A stretch of DNA of 64,000 nucleotides from Minisyncoccota bacterium. Lineage in GTDB: Bacteria; Patescibacteriota; Minisyncoccia; JAHISW01; Tagabacteraceae. Position 1 is the first letter of the stretch; each line of letters begins with the position of its first letter. The notes beneath the pieces are model-generated. The model made no database searches. It was not told the origin of the DNA and saw nothing but the letters and a program-made list of their open reading frames with translations. The DNA is taken from the NCBI GenBank assembly GCA_028711505.1, contig JAQTSC010000003.1, positions 9,397 to 73,396 of the forward strand. Direction: 5' to 3'. The position numbers were made by a program, and so were the translations under genes. Below are positions 28,192 to 37,560 of this stretch, piece after piece.

Positions 28192-29118
28192 ATGCTTTGG
28201 GTAAACATAAAAAGAGTTGCGAAAGCGGGGCTCACTAATTTCTGGAGAAATGGCTGGGTATCCTTGGCGACGATTTTGGTAATGGTCATAACCCTTTCGG
28301 TTTTCGGTTCTTTGATCATAGCAAAGGCGACCCTTACTACTGTTTTGGACAGGCTTCAGGATAAGGTTGACATTACCGTGTATTTCAAAACGGGGGCTTC
28401 GGAAGAAGATATTATTTCGTTAAAAAATTCTCTTGCGGATTTGAATGAAGTAAAAGACGTTGAGTATGTTTCTTGCGAAGCGGCGCTTGCGGCTTTTCAG
28501 CAGAGGCACGCCGATAACAGTTTGATAATCCAGTCGCTTGAAGAAATAGACGGCAATCCGCTTGGGGCCAGTTTGAACATAAAAGCAAAAAATCCTTCTC
28601 AATACGAAAGCATCGCCAAATTTTTGGAATCGGGAACGCCGGCGCAGGAAGGAGTTTTTTCTGCCATAGACAAAGTCAATTACCACCAGAACAGGTTGGT
28701 GATAGACAGGATGGCGAATATTTTGCAGACATCGCGAAACCTTGGTTCCGGACTTAGTTTGGCGCTCGCGTTTGTGGCGCTTTTGGTTACTTTTAATACC
28801 ATACGGCTTGCGATTTACACGAACAGCGAGGAGATAAAAGTAATGCGCCTTGTCGGCGCTTCAAATAAATATATCAGGAGCCCTTTTGTGGTTGAAGGGA
28901 CTCTTTACGGAGTTTTTGCCAGTATAATTTCCATGGCTCTTTTTTATCCGCTTACTTTGTGGTTGGGTCCTATGTCTGAAAGGTTTTTGGGCGATATCAA
29001 TATTTTTACTTATTATGTTTCCAATTTTTTTGAAATTTTTGCCGTTCTTCTTATTGTGGGTGTTTCTTTGGGGGTGGTTTCAAGCTGGATCGCTACGAGA
29101 AGATATTTAGGGGTGTAA
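28192..29118 (+). CDS. ftsX: Cell-division ABC transporter permease FtsX
   Basis: Immediately downstream of ftsE; N-terminal TM, periplasmic domain, three C-terminal TM helices (FtsX topology). Confidence 0.8.
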   Translation: MLWVNIKRVAKAGLTNFWRNGWVSLATILVMVITLSVFGSLIIAKATLTTVLDRLQDKVDITVYFKTGASEEDIISLKNSLADLNEVKDVEYVSCEAALAAFQQRHADNSLIIQSLEEIDGNPLGASLNIKAKNPSQYESIAKFLESGTPAQEGVFSAIDKVNYHQNRLVIDRMANILQTSRNLGSGLSLALAFVALLVTFNTIRLAIYTNSEEIKVMRLVGASNKYIRSPFVVEGTLYGVFASIISMALFYPLTLWLGPMSERFLGDINIFTYYVSNFFEIFAVLLIVGVSLGVVSSWIATRRYLGV

Positions 29119-29125
29119 TAAATTT

Positions 29126-29788
29126 TTACAAAAAATCATACCAATCCGGAACCTTTAGGGTTTCCGGATTTTTTCCATCCCAGGAAATTTCTCCCCGTAA
29201 AATAAGATCGGTTATAAATGATTGCCAGGCGTGTTCTATTTTGTTGGTTTTCGCGGCTAGCGTTTCAGCAGTATCGCTTTCTTCCACCAAAACCGGGAAA
29301 CGGAAAAAAATCGGTCCTTTGTCGTATTCTTCGTTTACAAAGTGCATGGAGACCGCCGATTCTTTTATTTCACCTTTTTTAAACGCTTCAATTACGGCTT
29401 CGTGCACGAAATGCCCGTACATTCCAGGACCTCCGAATCGCGGCAATGGCCCGGGGTGTATGTTTATTGTTTTTGCCGGCGGCAGACCAAGCGCAAGCTT
29501 GAGCCATCCGGAAAGCGACACCCATTCGGCTTCATATTTTTCAAGAATTTTTTTGTATTCTTCGCTCGTCCACGGACCTTTAAACAGCTCAAAAGGGATT
29601 TTCCATTTTTCCGATTTTTGGCGGACTCCGCCGTTTTCATGATTTGACACGACAGCGACTATTTCCGCGTTCAGAATTCCTGTTTTTGAATTTTTAACGA
29701 GTTCTTCAAAACCCGAGCCGCCTCCGTCTTTTGTTCCCGAAGCAAAGATTATAAGTTTTGGTTTGAGCATATTGAAAAAATACAGCAA
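29126..29788 (-). CDS. Formyltransferase, PurN-like (phosphoribosylglycinamide formyltransferase family)
   Basis: IFASGTKDGGGSGFEEL N-terminal nucleotide-binding region, INIHPGPLPRFGG catalytic His motif. Confidence 0.6.
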   Translation of the reverse strand: MLYFFNMLKPKLIIFASGTKDGGGSGFEELVKNSKTGILNAEIVAVVSNHENGGVRQKSEKWKIPFELFKGPWTSEEYKKILEKYEAEWVSLSGWLKLALGLPPAKTINIHPGPLPRFGGPGMYGHFVHEAVIEAFKKGEIKESAVSMHFVNEEYDKGPIFFRFPVLVEESDTAETLAAKTNKIEHAWQSFITDLILRGEISWDGKNPETLKVPDWYDFL

Positions 29789-29894
29789 AAATCGGCGGCT
29801 TGCAATTAAAACAAGGTGTGTTAATTTATACCCAGAAAAAGAACTTTGACTTGGTATATTAAATTCTTGGGATTTTCCGAAAAGGAGGTAGTAT

Positions 29895-30758
29895 ATGGCG
29901 AAGAATCAGATTGTTGAATTGAACAAGGCGATTGCCGTTTCGGGAAAAAAGCTGGCGAAACTGAAAAAGGCGGAAGTAACGGCGCGGAAAACGTGGACAA
30001 GAGAATATCGCAGGTTTTTGAAAGCCGCCGAAGGGCTGGCTAATTTGAAGAAAAGGAAAACGAAAAAGCGCGGAACTCTTGTGAATATCGTGAAGGATTG
30101 GCGGGAGAAAAGTTTCGCTTTGACAAAAGCGCGAGATGAAGCGCGGCAATCCATGGCGGAAGAAGAAAGGAATTTCCACATGCTTGAAACAAAGCGCCAG
30201 ATTTTTATCGCCCGACACGAAGAAAGGGTAAAAGCGGACGACGAACTGGTAAAACAAACTTTTGCTTTGAGCTGTGCGGTGGCGCGCGCCCTGGACGAAA
30301 GGAATTCGTATCTTAATTCCCGTGTTTTCCCGAAGCTTGTCGGAAAAGAAGGAAATCTTAAGTCTCAAATTACTATTGATAGTTCTGACGGGCTCCGGCG
30401 AGTTGTTGCCATGGTCAATGCCATTAGTAGGATTGATGTGGATTTGGCTGCTCGGGCGAAAGAAAAGATTGAAGAGTTTTTCAGCAGATTCCAGGAACAA
30501 GTGAAGATGGATTCGGTGGCGCAAATGTTTTACGAGTTAACACGGAAGATTTTGGTGGAAAAAACCAGTTTTCAAATAGGCCCGGATTTGTACAGATTTT
30601 TAAGTCTGGATATTGACCAGCAATCTTTTCCCGGACTCAAAGAAGCTCAGGAGCTTCTGATTAACGGATTAAGAAGCGAGAAATCTTCTTCTTATGTTCG
30701 GCTTTATGAAAGAGAAGGGCGGAATAATCCATGGAAACGGTTGAATGTTGGAGGATAA
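29895..30758 (+). CDS. Hypothetical coiled-coil-rich protein
   Basis: 287 aa, strongly charged, strong RBS AAAGGAGG before ATG 29895; no recognisable motif. Confidence 0.4.
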   Translation: MAKNQIVELNKAIAVSGKKLAKLKKAEVTARKTWTREYRRFLKAAEGLANLKKRKTKKRGTLVNIVKDWREKSFALTKARDEARQSMAEEERNFHMLETKRQIFIARHEERVKADDELVKQTFALSCAVARALDERNSYLNSRVFPKLVGKEGNLKSQITIDSSDGLRRVVAMVNAISRIDVDLAARAKEKIEEFFSRFQEQVKMDSVAQMFYELTRKILVEKTSFQIGPDLYRFLSLDIDQQSFPGLKEAQELLINGLRSEKSSSYVRLYEREGRNNPWKRLNVGG

Positions 30759-30765
30759 ATTATCT

Positions 30766-30954
30766 ATGCCTTATTTTGAACTGATTTTGTGCAGAGCCAG
30801 TGGGGAAAAAAGAGCCAAGGATCTTATTATACAAGGAATTCCAGCAGAATCCGAAAATGTGCTCAGAGCTTTTTTCCAGCGAGTTAGAAAGAAAGGAGGG
30901 TTCAATCGCAAAAGGATAAAGGAAATTCATCCGTTTTCCGATGAAGAAAAATGA
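30766..30954 (+). CDS. Small basic hypothetical protein
   Basis: 62 aa from ATG 30766 preceded by GGAGG; tracked ORF 30745..30954; followed by terminator. Confidence 0.3.
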   Translation: MPYFELILCRASGEKRAKDLIIQGIPAESENVLRAFFQRVRKKGGFNRKRIKEIHPFSDEEK

Positions 30955-30969
30955 GAAGTTTGATGAATT

Positions 30970-30995
30970 ATTTGCCCCGATATGATGTCGGGGCA
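30970..30995 (+). terminator. Rho-independent terminator
   Basis: ttgccccgatatgatgtcggggcaa hairpin followed by ttttt. Confidence 0.5.
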
Positions 30996-31050
30996 ATTTT
31001 TATTGCAATAACGCGTTTTGGGTAGTATCTTGAAATATATCATTCCGGGA

Positions 31051-31128
31051 TCGCCCGCCTAGACTCGACCGTCTAGTCGAGGCGGGTCTAATGGCCCGCC
31101 TCGCGTCGGCTCGCGAGTCGAGGCAGAT
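31051..31128. repeat. GC-rich nested imperfect palindromes (structured element of unknown nature)
   Basis: cccgcctagactcgac / gtctagtcgaggcggg and gcctcgcg...cgcgagtcgaggc complementary arms; local GC far above window average. Confidence 0.4.
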
Positions 31129-31137
31129 AGGACAAAT

Positions 31138-31386
31138 ATGTATAAAGTTTATATTTTAAAGAGTCTTACAGCAAAAAAGTCTTATGTCGGGTTAACCGTT
31201 GATTTAGATAGGAGATTGAAGGAACATAATTCGGGAAAGCATTTTTATACGCGTAGATATTTACCATGGGAAATTGTATCTTTTGAAGAACGAGAGAATT
31301 TGCTAGAAGCAAGAAAGCGTGAAAAATATTTAAAATCAGCAGCAGGCAGAAGATATTTGAAGAAATTTATATTTGGGAATATTTGA
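31138..31386 (+). CDS. GIY-YIG nuclease superfamily small protein (YhbQ-like)
   Basis: 82 aa; VYILKS...YVGLTVDLDRRLKEHNSG...REKYLK matches GIY-YIG core (Y-V-Y, R...E...N, conserved Glu). Confidence 0.7.
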   Translation: MYKVYILKSLTAKKSYVGLTVDLDRRLKEHNSGKHFYTRRYLPWEIVSFEERENLLEARKREKYLKSAAGRRYLKKFIFGNI

Positions 31387-31398
31387 GCCTGTAATTTT

Positions 31399-31469
31399 TG
31401 CGGGATCGTCTAATGGTAGGACACATGCCTCTGGAGCATGGTATCTAGGTTCGAGTCCTAGTCCCGCAG
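31399..31469 (+). tRNA. tRNA-Gln (anticodon CTG)
   Basis: Acceptor tgcggga/tcccgca (U1-A72), 3-bp D-stem gtc/gac, anticodon stem catgc/gcatg with loop ctCTGga, T-arm ctagg-ttcgagt-cctag. Confidence 0.7.
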
Positions 31470-31551
31470 TCAGCTTGAGATAGGTTCGTTCGAGTTCCTT
31501 CTCACCTGCAAGTTTTTATTAACTTGTTAATAGCTAATTTATTTATAAATA

Positions 31552-31920
31552 ATGGAAAATTTTTTATTTTGGTGGTCTATTGTGTCTACATTTATTGGTG
31601 TAATACTTTTATGCTTTTCAATATGGCAATACAAAGATGGAAAAAACCAATCTGGTAAAATTAGGGCTCAAGTTAAAGTATGGATGGAACAAGCAAATGG
31701 TTTAAGTTTAGCATTGCAACGTATTGTTGCTGATAATTTGAGCAAAAGATATTCTACCACTAACGATGTATGTAATGCTGTATGGGCTTTGCAAATATCA
31801 GCTTTTTCTTTATATCAAAGTTTGTATGAGGAAAGATGTGTAACAGAAGAAGAATATAAAGCGAGACAAAAAAAGATTGCTGATATGGTAGAAGCAAAAC
31901 AATCTGAACAGATTAAATAA
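31552..31920 (+). CDS. Hypothetical protein with N-terminal TM helix, in low-GC segment
   Basis: 122 aa; local GC clearly below window average; no recognisable motif. Confidence 0.35.
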   Translation: MENFLFWWSIVSTFIGVILLCFSIWQYKDGKNQSGKIRAQVKVWMEQANGLSLALQRIVADNLSKRYSTTNDVCNAVWALQISAFSLYQSLYEERCVTEEEYKARQKKIADMVEAKQSEQIK

Positions 31921-31984
31921 AAAAATATTAATGCTTGAGGTTTAGCGAAATAATAAAATAAAAATTATTAGTAATTAAAAAAAT

Positions 31985-32230
31985 ATGAACACATCGCAAA
32001 TTTATATCGCCATAGCAATCGCGGCATTGGCGATAATCGCAATTGTTCTTTTTGTGGTCAGAAAAAACAAGCCGCGCGAAAAGCTTTCCACACTTGGCGC
32101 TTTCGCGCTTCTTTTGGTTATAGCGGGGATTGTATTTGGCGATAGCCAGCCGATTGGCTATGGTCTAATGACTGTTGGCGGAATTTTGGCCGCGATTGAT
32201 ATTGTAAGAAAATTGAGAAAACATGAGTAA
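31985..32230 (+). CDS. Small two-TM membrane protein
   Basis: 81 aa, two hydrophobic helices. Confidence 0.3.
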   Translation: MNTSQIYIAIAIAALAIIAIVLFVVRKNKPREKLSTLGAFALLLVIAGIVFGDSQPIGYGLMTVGGILAAIDIVRKLRKHE

Positions 32231-32675
32231 TAAATACGAAGGACAAATTGAAGTTGTTGGCTCTCCAATTATCGTTAATCGCAGAGGGGAAATTTTACTT
32301 ATCAAATCTTATAAATGGGGTGATAAATATCTTATTCCTGGGGGACATGCGGAAGTGGGGGAAATGATTTTTGAAACGGCAAAACGCGAGGGCGAGGAAG
32401 AGACAGGATTAAAACTTGAACCACAGTTTTGTGTGAATATCGGAGAACTAATCTATGACCCGGATTTTTACAGAAAAGCGCACCTTGTGTATTTTCATAT
32501 TGTTTGCAATGCTCTTACTGATGATATAAGGCTTGACGAGAAAGAGTTGAAAGAATTTATTTGGATTGAGCCAAAAAAAGCGTTGGATTTGGCACTTACC
32601 AAGGGAGTTAAAAAGTCTTTAGAGAACTATATTAATGGAATTCGGATAGATATAAATTCTTTTGTTAACGATTAA
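32223..32675 (+). CDS. NUDIX hydrolase
   Basis: Nudix box GGHAEVGEMIFETAKREGEEETGL (GX5EX7REUXEEXGU). Confidence 0.8.
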   Translation: MSNKYEGQIEVVGSPIIVNRRGEILLIKSYKWGDKYLIPGGHAEVGEMIFETAKREGEEETGLKLEPQFCVNIGELIYDPDFYRKAHLVYFHIVCNALTDDIRLDEKELKEFIWIEPKKALDLALTKGVKKSLENYINGIRIDINSFVND

Positions 32676-32967
32676 AACTAGACGAGTGTATAAGGGTTGC
32701 TTTTTTGGCCGTTTTGTCGTATCATTACGAGTAATGAAAGGAAACAGAAAAGAAGAGGAACTTAATCAGGCTCAAGTGACACTTCTTTCGTTTTTGGAAT
32801 CATATAATCAAACTATTCCAGCGAGCTTCCCTCACGCATCAGTCCCGATATTGAAAAAATTTCAAGGCGCTCATCCTACACTTTTTAAAGATACCGATTT
32901 ATGGTCTGTCGCTCAGCACAGAAAAAGATTGATGGATTGGCTCTTTACTTATCGTGAGGCTATTTAA
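32662..32967 (+). CDS. Hypothetical protein
   Basis: 101 aa ORF overlapping NUDIX stop; no motif. Confidence 0.25.
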   Translation: MLTIKTRRVYKGCFFGRFVVSLRVMKGNRKEEELNQAQVTLLSFLESYNQTIPASFPHASVPILKKFQGAHPTLFKDTDLWSVAQHRKRLMDWLFTYREAI

Positions 32968-32979
32968 TTTGAAATAAAT

Positions 32980-33147
32980 ATGAACTCGTCCAGGTCGTCT
33001 ATTTGGATAGGATTGTTTTTAGGATCTATCGTCGGAAGTTATATACCCGCCCTTTGGGGAGCGGGTATATTTTCTTTTTCTTCAATAATTTTTAGCGGCA
33101 TCGGCGCTATTTTGGGCATTTGGGTTGGTTTTAAACTTGGGCAATAG
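32980..33147 (+). CDS. Small membrane protein (55 aa, not in ORF track)
   Basis: ATG 32980 to TAG 33147: MNSSRSSIWIGLFLGSIVGSYIPALWGAGIFSFSSIIFSGIGAILGIWVGFKLGQ, two Gly-rich TM helices. Confidence 0.3.
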   Translation: MNSSRSSIWIGLFLGSIVGSYIPALWGAGIFSFSSIIFSGIGAILGIWVGFKLGQ

Positions 33148-33159
33148 TAATATTAAAAC

Positions 33160-33357
33160 ATGGAGCAAGAAGAAATAGTTAAAAAATTAGATGCGCTTGA
33201 AAAAGCGATTGAGGAAAATACAAGAATCACGCGGCAGTTGCGGCTGTATTTTATCTTAATGGTTGTGATTTCCGCGGCCGTAGTTATTTTGCCGTTGATA
33301 GGACTTTTGTTCGTGCTGCCGGGTTTTTTGTCATCGTATGGCAATTTGGGTATTTAA
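33160..33357 (+). CDS. Small coiled-coil plus TM protein
   Basis: 65 aa; N-terminal charged helix then TM segment. Confidence 0.3.
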   Translation: MEQEEIVKKLDALEKAIEENTRITRQLRLYFILMVVISAAVVILPLIGLLFVLPGFLSSYGNLGI

Positions 33358-33453
33358 AATTTATTTATGAAAGGGAAACTCCTTTCATAATCGGGTTATT
33401 AAAAGAATCGCTTTCGCCTTAGGTATTTTTATTATTAATTTTATAACAATGAT

Positions 33454-34224
33454 ATGGACATATTCTATTGGATTTTAGGTTTCGCTATTTTTATTATTCT
33501 TATTTCCATAAAGCAGGTAAACCAATATCAAAAAGGCGTGAAATTTATGTTCGGTAAATATACAGGAATGATGGACCCGGGTTGGCGTTTGGTTTTTCCC
33601 GTAATCCAGTCGTATCAAAAAGTGGATTTGCGCGTTAAGGCCGTTGACGTGCCGAACCAGGAGGCGATTACCAAAGACAATATTTCCGTGGGGGTAAACG
33701 CCGTTATTTATTACAAAGTTCAGGACGCGAGCAAGGCGTTTTTGGAGGTGGAGAATTTTTTCTACGCTGTTTCCCAGCTCGCGCAGACAACGATGCGGAA
33801 TGTGGTGGGACAGGTTGTCTTGGACGACCTTCTTTCTCAGCGCGACAGGGTTTCGGAGAATATAAGAACCATAATAGATTTGGCGACCGATCCGTGGGGC
33901 ATAAAAGTGAATAATGTGGAGCTTAAAGATATTTCTCTGCCGGAAGAAATGAAGCGCGTCATCGGAAAACAGGCCGAAGCGGAGCGTGAAAAGCGGGCGA
34001 TAATTATAAAAGCCGAGGGTGAGGTTGTTGCCGCTTCAAATATGGCAAAAGCCGCGGAAACCCTGGCTTCGTCGGACGGAGCCTTGCATTTAAGGACGCT
34101 TCAATCCATAAACGACATAAGCTCTGACCAATCAAACACTATCGTTTTTGCCGTGCCTCTTGAAGTTTTGAGGGCATTTGAACGATATGGCAGAACATCT
34201 TCTAAGAATGAAAACAGGGAATAA
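33454..34224 (+). CDS. SPFH/Band-7 (stomatin/prohibitin-like) membrane protein
   Basis: N-terminal TM then SPFH core (VDLRVKAVDVP..TKDNISVGVNAVIYYKV) and Ala/Glu-rich coiled coil (EAEREKRAIIIKAEGE). Confidence 0.8.
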   Translation: MDIFYWILGFAIFIILISIKQVNQYQKGVKFMFGKYTGMMDPGWRLVFPVIQSYQKVDLRVKAVDVPNQEAITKDNISVGVNAVIYYKVQDASKAFLEVENFFYAVSQLAQTTMRNVVGQVVLDDLLSQRDRVSENIRTIIDLATDPWGIKVNNVELKDISLPEEMKRVIGKQAEAEREKRAIIIKAEGEVVAASNMAKAAETLASSDGALHLRTLQSINDISSDQSNTIVFAVPLEVLRAFERYGRTSSKNENRE

Positions 34225-34951
34225 AGTTGGAAAAGAGTCGGTTTTAAATCTGAAAAAAGAACTTAGAAAATTACAAAATCCGAAACAGGAGGAAAACCTT
34301 TCGCGTTTTTTTAAAACAGGGAAAGGAGAATACGGCGAGGGCGATAAGTTTTTGGGAATAAAAGTTCCGGCTCAAAGAAAAGTTGCGAAAAAATATACCG
34401 GTTTGAGTTTTGGAGAAATATCGCGGCTTTTAAAAAGCAAAATACACGAAGAACGGCTTGTCGGACTTTTGATTTTAGTTGCTCAGTACAAAAAATCGCC
34501 GGTTGAACCAAAAGAGAAAGAAAAAATTTTTAGGTTTTATCTTAAAAATACAAAAGGCATAAATAATTGGGATTTGGTTGATTTATCGGCTCCGAATATT
34601 GTCGGCGGTTGGCTTTTTGATAAGCCATCCAAACGGGCAATTTTATACAAACTTGCGCGTTCAAAAAATCTGTGGGAAAGAAGAATCGCTGTTTTGGCGA
34701 CAGCGATGTTTATAAAAAATAGTGATTTCAACGATATTTTAAAGATTTCAGAAATTCTTTTAAACGATAGACACGACCTTATTCATAAAGCCGTCGGTTG
34801 GATGCTTAGGGAAGTGGGAAAGCGAGATAAAAAAATTTTGGAAAAATTTCTAAATAAGCACGCGCTAAAAATGCCGCGCGTAATGCTTCGCTACTCAATT
34901 GAAAAATTCGGTGAAAGGGAAAGAAAGATATATTTGCGTCGGATGAGTTAA
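34178..34951 (+). CDS. DNA alkylation repair protein (AlkD/AlkC-like HEAT-repeat glycosylase family)
   Basis: NNWDLVDLSAPNIVG and WERRIAVLATAMFIKN motifs typical of AlkD-like family; true start probably ATG about 34208 to avoid overlap. Confidence 0.65.
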   Translation: MNDMAEHLLRMKTGNKVGKESVLNLKKELRKLQNPKQEENLSRFFKTGKGEYGEGDKFLGIKVPAQRKVAKKYTGLSFGEISRLLKSKIHEERLVGLLILVAQYKKSPVEPKEKEKIFRFYLKNTKGINNWDLVDLSAPNIVGGWLFDKPSKRAILYKLARSKNLWERRIAVLATAMFIKNSDFNDILKISEILLNDRHDLIHKAVGWMLREVGKRDKKILEKFLNKHALKMPRVMLRYSIEKFGERERKIYLRRMS

Positions 34952-35095
34952 CAGAAATTTAAATTACACGCTTGCAGAATTCGATCAGCAAAAACATCCC
35001 TGGCGCGCGCTATCAAGCTTTTATTTGACTCTTTCCTTTTTTCTTGGTATCATTCCATCAATCTCCCGCGGGTCGGGAAATTTTATTTTAGAGAT

Positions 35096-36889
35096 ATGGA
35101 AATCAGAAATATCGCGATAATAGCTCACGTTGACCATGGGAAAACGACCATAACGGATGCCATAATGCGGCAGACAGGAGCCGCTGAAGAAGGCGTTTCC
35201 ATGGACTCAAACGCGCTCGAACTGGAGCGCGGTATTACCATTTATTCAAAAAACACGAGTGTAACGTATAAAGGGACTAAAATAAATATTGTTGATACTC
35301 CGGGGCATGCCGATTTCGGTTCGGAAGTGGAGCGCGTTTTGCGTTCCATAGATTCCGTGCTTCTTGTCGTTGACGCTCAGGAAGGCCCGATGCCCCAAAC
35401 GCGTTTTGTGCTTAAAAAATCTTTGGAGCTCGGCATTAAGCCGATTGTTGTAATAAATAAAATAGACAAGCCCGCGGCAGACCCGGATCGCTGCGAAGAA
35501 GAAGTATTCGAACTTTTTCTTGAACTTGGCGCTTCGGACGAGCAGGCGGATTTTCCGGTGGTGTACGCTATCGGCAAGCAGGGTATTGCGAAAAGAAAGC
35601 TGGAAAACGAGTCAAAAGATCTTTCTCCTCTTCTCGATATTATTCTTGAACGAGTTCAGGTTTCTTCTTCCGAAGAGAAAAATAAAATGCCGCTTCGGTT
35701 GCAGCCGTTCAATTTGGGTTATGATAATTTTTTGGGGCGTTTGGCGGTCTGCCGTGTTTATGAAGGCAGCGTCGTTCCCGGACAAAATGTTTTTATAAAA
35801 AAGCCGGATGGAAATATCCGTTCCGGAAAGATAATCAAAGTATTTACTTTTAAGGGGCTTCAAAGAACGGAAACGGAATCCGCCGAAGCCGGAGACATAG
35901 TTCTTATCTCAGGTCTTCCCGATATTTATATCGGAGAAACGATTGTTGCCGACCAAGACACTCCGCTTTTGCCTTCCATCGCCGTTGATGAACCGACGAT
36001 TGAAATAAATTTTTTGGTGAATAATTCTCCTTTTGCCGGACGCGAAGGAAAATTCGTCACGTCCAGACAAATAAGGGAATATCTTGAGCGCGAGATTGAG
36101 GTGAATGTCGGGCTTAAAGTGGATTTTTCTTCAAACGAAAGTTTCCGCGTTTCCGGAAGAGGCGAACTTCATATCGCGATTCTTCTTGAAAATATGAGAA
36201 GAGCCGGATACGAGCTTCAGGCATCCCAGCCGAAAGTTATTATCCGCGAAGAAAACGGAGTTAAAATGGAACCGTTTGAAGAAGTTATAGTTGACGTGCC
36301 AAAAGAATATCAGGGTGTCGCTATCGAGCGTTTGGGGACAAGGGCTTTTATTATGAAAGATCTGCGTATTGAACAGGAGACCGTAAGGATGTTTTTTGAG
36401 GGACCCACGCGCGGGCTTTTCGGATATCGCAGTCAATTTGTGATAGACACGAAAGGTGAAGGAATTCTGTCTTCGCGGTTCGTTGAATTTAGGCCTTTTG
36501 TCGGAGAAATAAAAAGAAAAGCCGCGGGCTCTATGGTTTCTATGGCATCGGGCAAAGCGCTCGGTTTTTCTCTTTGGAATTTGCAGGAAAGAGGAACTCT
36601 TTATATCGGTCCGACAACTGAAGTTTACGAAGGGATGGTTATCGGAAACACTTCAAAGGGCGAAGACATGTCGGTGAACCCGACGAAAGGAAAGCAGCTT
36701 ACAAATATGCGCGCTTCTGGTTCTGACGAAGCGATAGTCCTTACTCCTCCGTATAAATTAAATATTGAACGCGGTCTTGAAACAATGTCCGAGGACGAAT
36801 ATCTTGAGATTACGCCTTCTTCGGTGCGGCTAAGGAAGCAAAAGCTTACTGAGATTGACCGTATTAGGGTAAAAAGAAAAGAACGATAA
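35096..36889 (+). CDS. typA: Ribosome-associated GTPase TypA/BipA
   Basis: [17 protein letters not shown]1 motif, [13 protein letters not shown]; 597 aa. Confidence 0.9.
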   Translation: MEIRNIAIIAHVDHGKTTITDAIMRQTGAAEEGVSMDSNALELERGITIYSKNTSVTYKGTKINIVDTPGHADFGSEVERVLRSIDSVLLVVDAQEGPMPQTRFVLKKSLELGIKPIVVINKIDKPAADPDRCEEEVFELFLELGASDEQADFPVVYAIGKQGIAKRKLENESKDLSPLLDIILERVQVSSSEEKNKMPLRLQPFNLGYDNFLGRLAVCRVYEGSVVPGQNVFIKKPDGNIRSGKIIKVFTFKGLQRTETESAEAGDIVLISGLPDIYIGETIVADQDTPLLPSIAVDEPTIEINFLVNNSPFAGREGKFVTSRQIREYLEREIEVNVGLKVDFSSNESFRVSGRGELHIAILLENMRRAGYELQASQPKVIIREENGVKMEPFEEVIVDVPKEYQGVAIERLGTRAFIMKDLRIEQETVRMFFEGPTRGLFGYRSQFVIDTKGEGILSSRFVEFRPFVGEIKRKAAGSMVSMASGKALGFSLWNLQERGTLYIGPTTEVYEGMVIGNTSKGEDMSVNPTKGKQLTNMRASGSDEAIVLTPPYKLNIERGLETMSEDEYLEITPSSVRLRKQKLTEIDRIRVKRKER

Positions 36890-37006
36890 AATAAAATTTA
36901 ACGCGGAACAACGTCTTTCCTTTTCGGCGAGGCGTTTTTATTTCATCCAGATGATACTTTTATTGGAACGCTTGCCCTTGTTTTTTAGCCGCTATATAAT
37001 TTTTTT

Positions 37007-37474
37007 ATGAGAATTGCCACACTTTGTTTTTTGATGGACGGCGATAAAATTCTTCTTGCAAAGAAAAAGCGCGGTTTTGGTGTCGGAAAATGGAATGGGG
37101 TCGGGGGAAAAATGCAGGAGGAAGAAACGATTGAACAGGCGGTTTTAAGGGAAGCGAAAGAAGAAATCGGCATCGATTCTTGCGAAGACCGCCTTGAAAA
37201 AGCCGGAAGCATAAAATTTTATTTTAACGGCAAGGAAGATTGGAATCAGGAAGTGCATATTTACGCGCTGAAAAAATGGGAAGGCGAACCGCAGGAATCT
37301 GAAGAAATGAGTCCGAAATGGTTTTTTCATCACGAGATGCCTTTTGACGAAATGTGGGCTGACGACAGACATTGGATGCCCTACTTTCTTTCGGGTAAAA
37401 GATTTGAAGGGGAGTTTTATTTTACTGAAGATGGAAGCGTGATTGAAAAATTTGACATAAGGGAAATTTTTTGA
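37007..37474 (+). CDS. NUDIX hydrolase (MutT-like)
   Basis: Nudix box GGKMQEEETIEQAVLREAKEEIGI. Confidence 0.8.
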   Translation: MRIATLCFLMDGDKILLAKKKRGFGVGKWNGVGGKMQEEETIEQAVLREAKEEIGIDSCEDRLEKAGSIKFYFNGKEDWNQEVHIYALKKWEGEPQESEEMSPKWFFHHEMPFDEMWADDRHWMPYFLSGKRFEGEFYFTEDGSVIEKFDIREIF

Positions 37475-37496
37475 GGTTTAAAACTTTTTCTATAAA

Positions 37497-37527
37497 ACAC
37501 CGTCTATTAAAACAGACGGTGTTTTTC
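37497..37527 (+). terminator. Rho-independent terminator
   Basis: acaccgtctattaaaacagacggtgt hairpin followed by ttttt. Confidence 0.5.
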
Positions 37528-37560
37528 CTTCTGCAAAAAATGCGATTATTTTGATATAAT

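Noticed and set aside
29859-30524. 221-aa minus-strand ORF
   Set aside because: It is entirely antisense to the 287-aa + ORF, which has a strong RBS and a clean start. Its protein is Arg/Phe-rich low-complexity typical of antisense frames.
36895-36940. Possible terminator after typA
   Set aside because: No convincing stable stem-loop with a T-run could be drawn.
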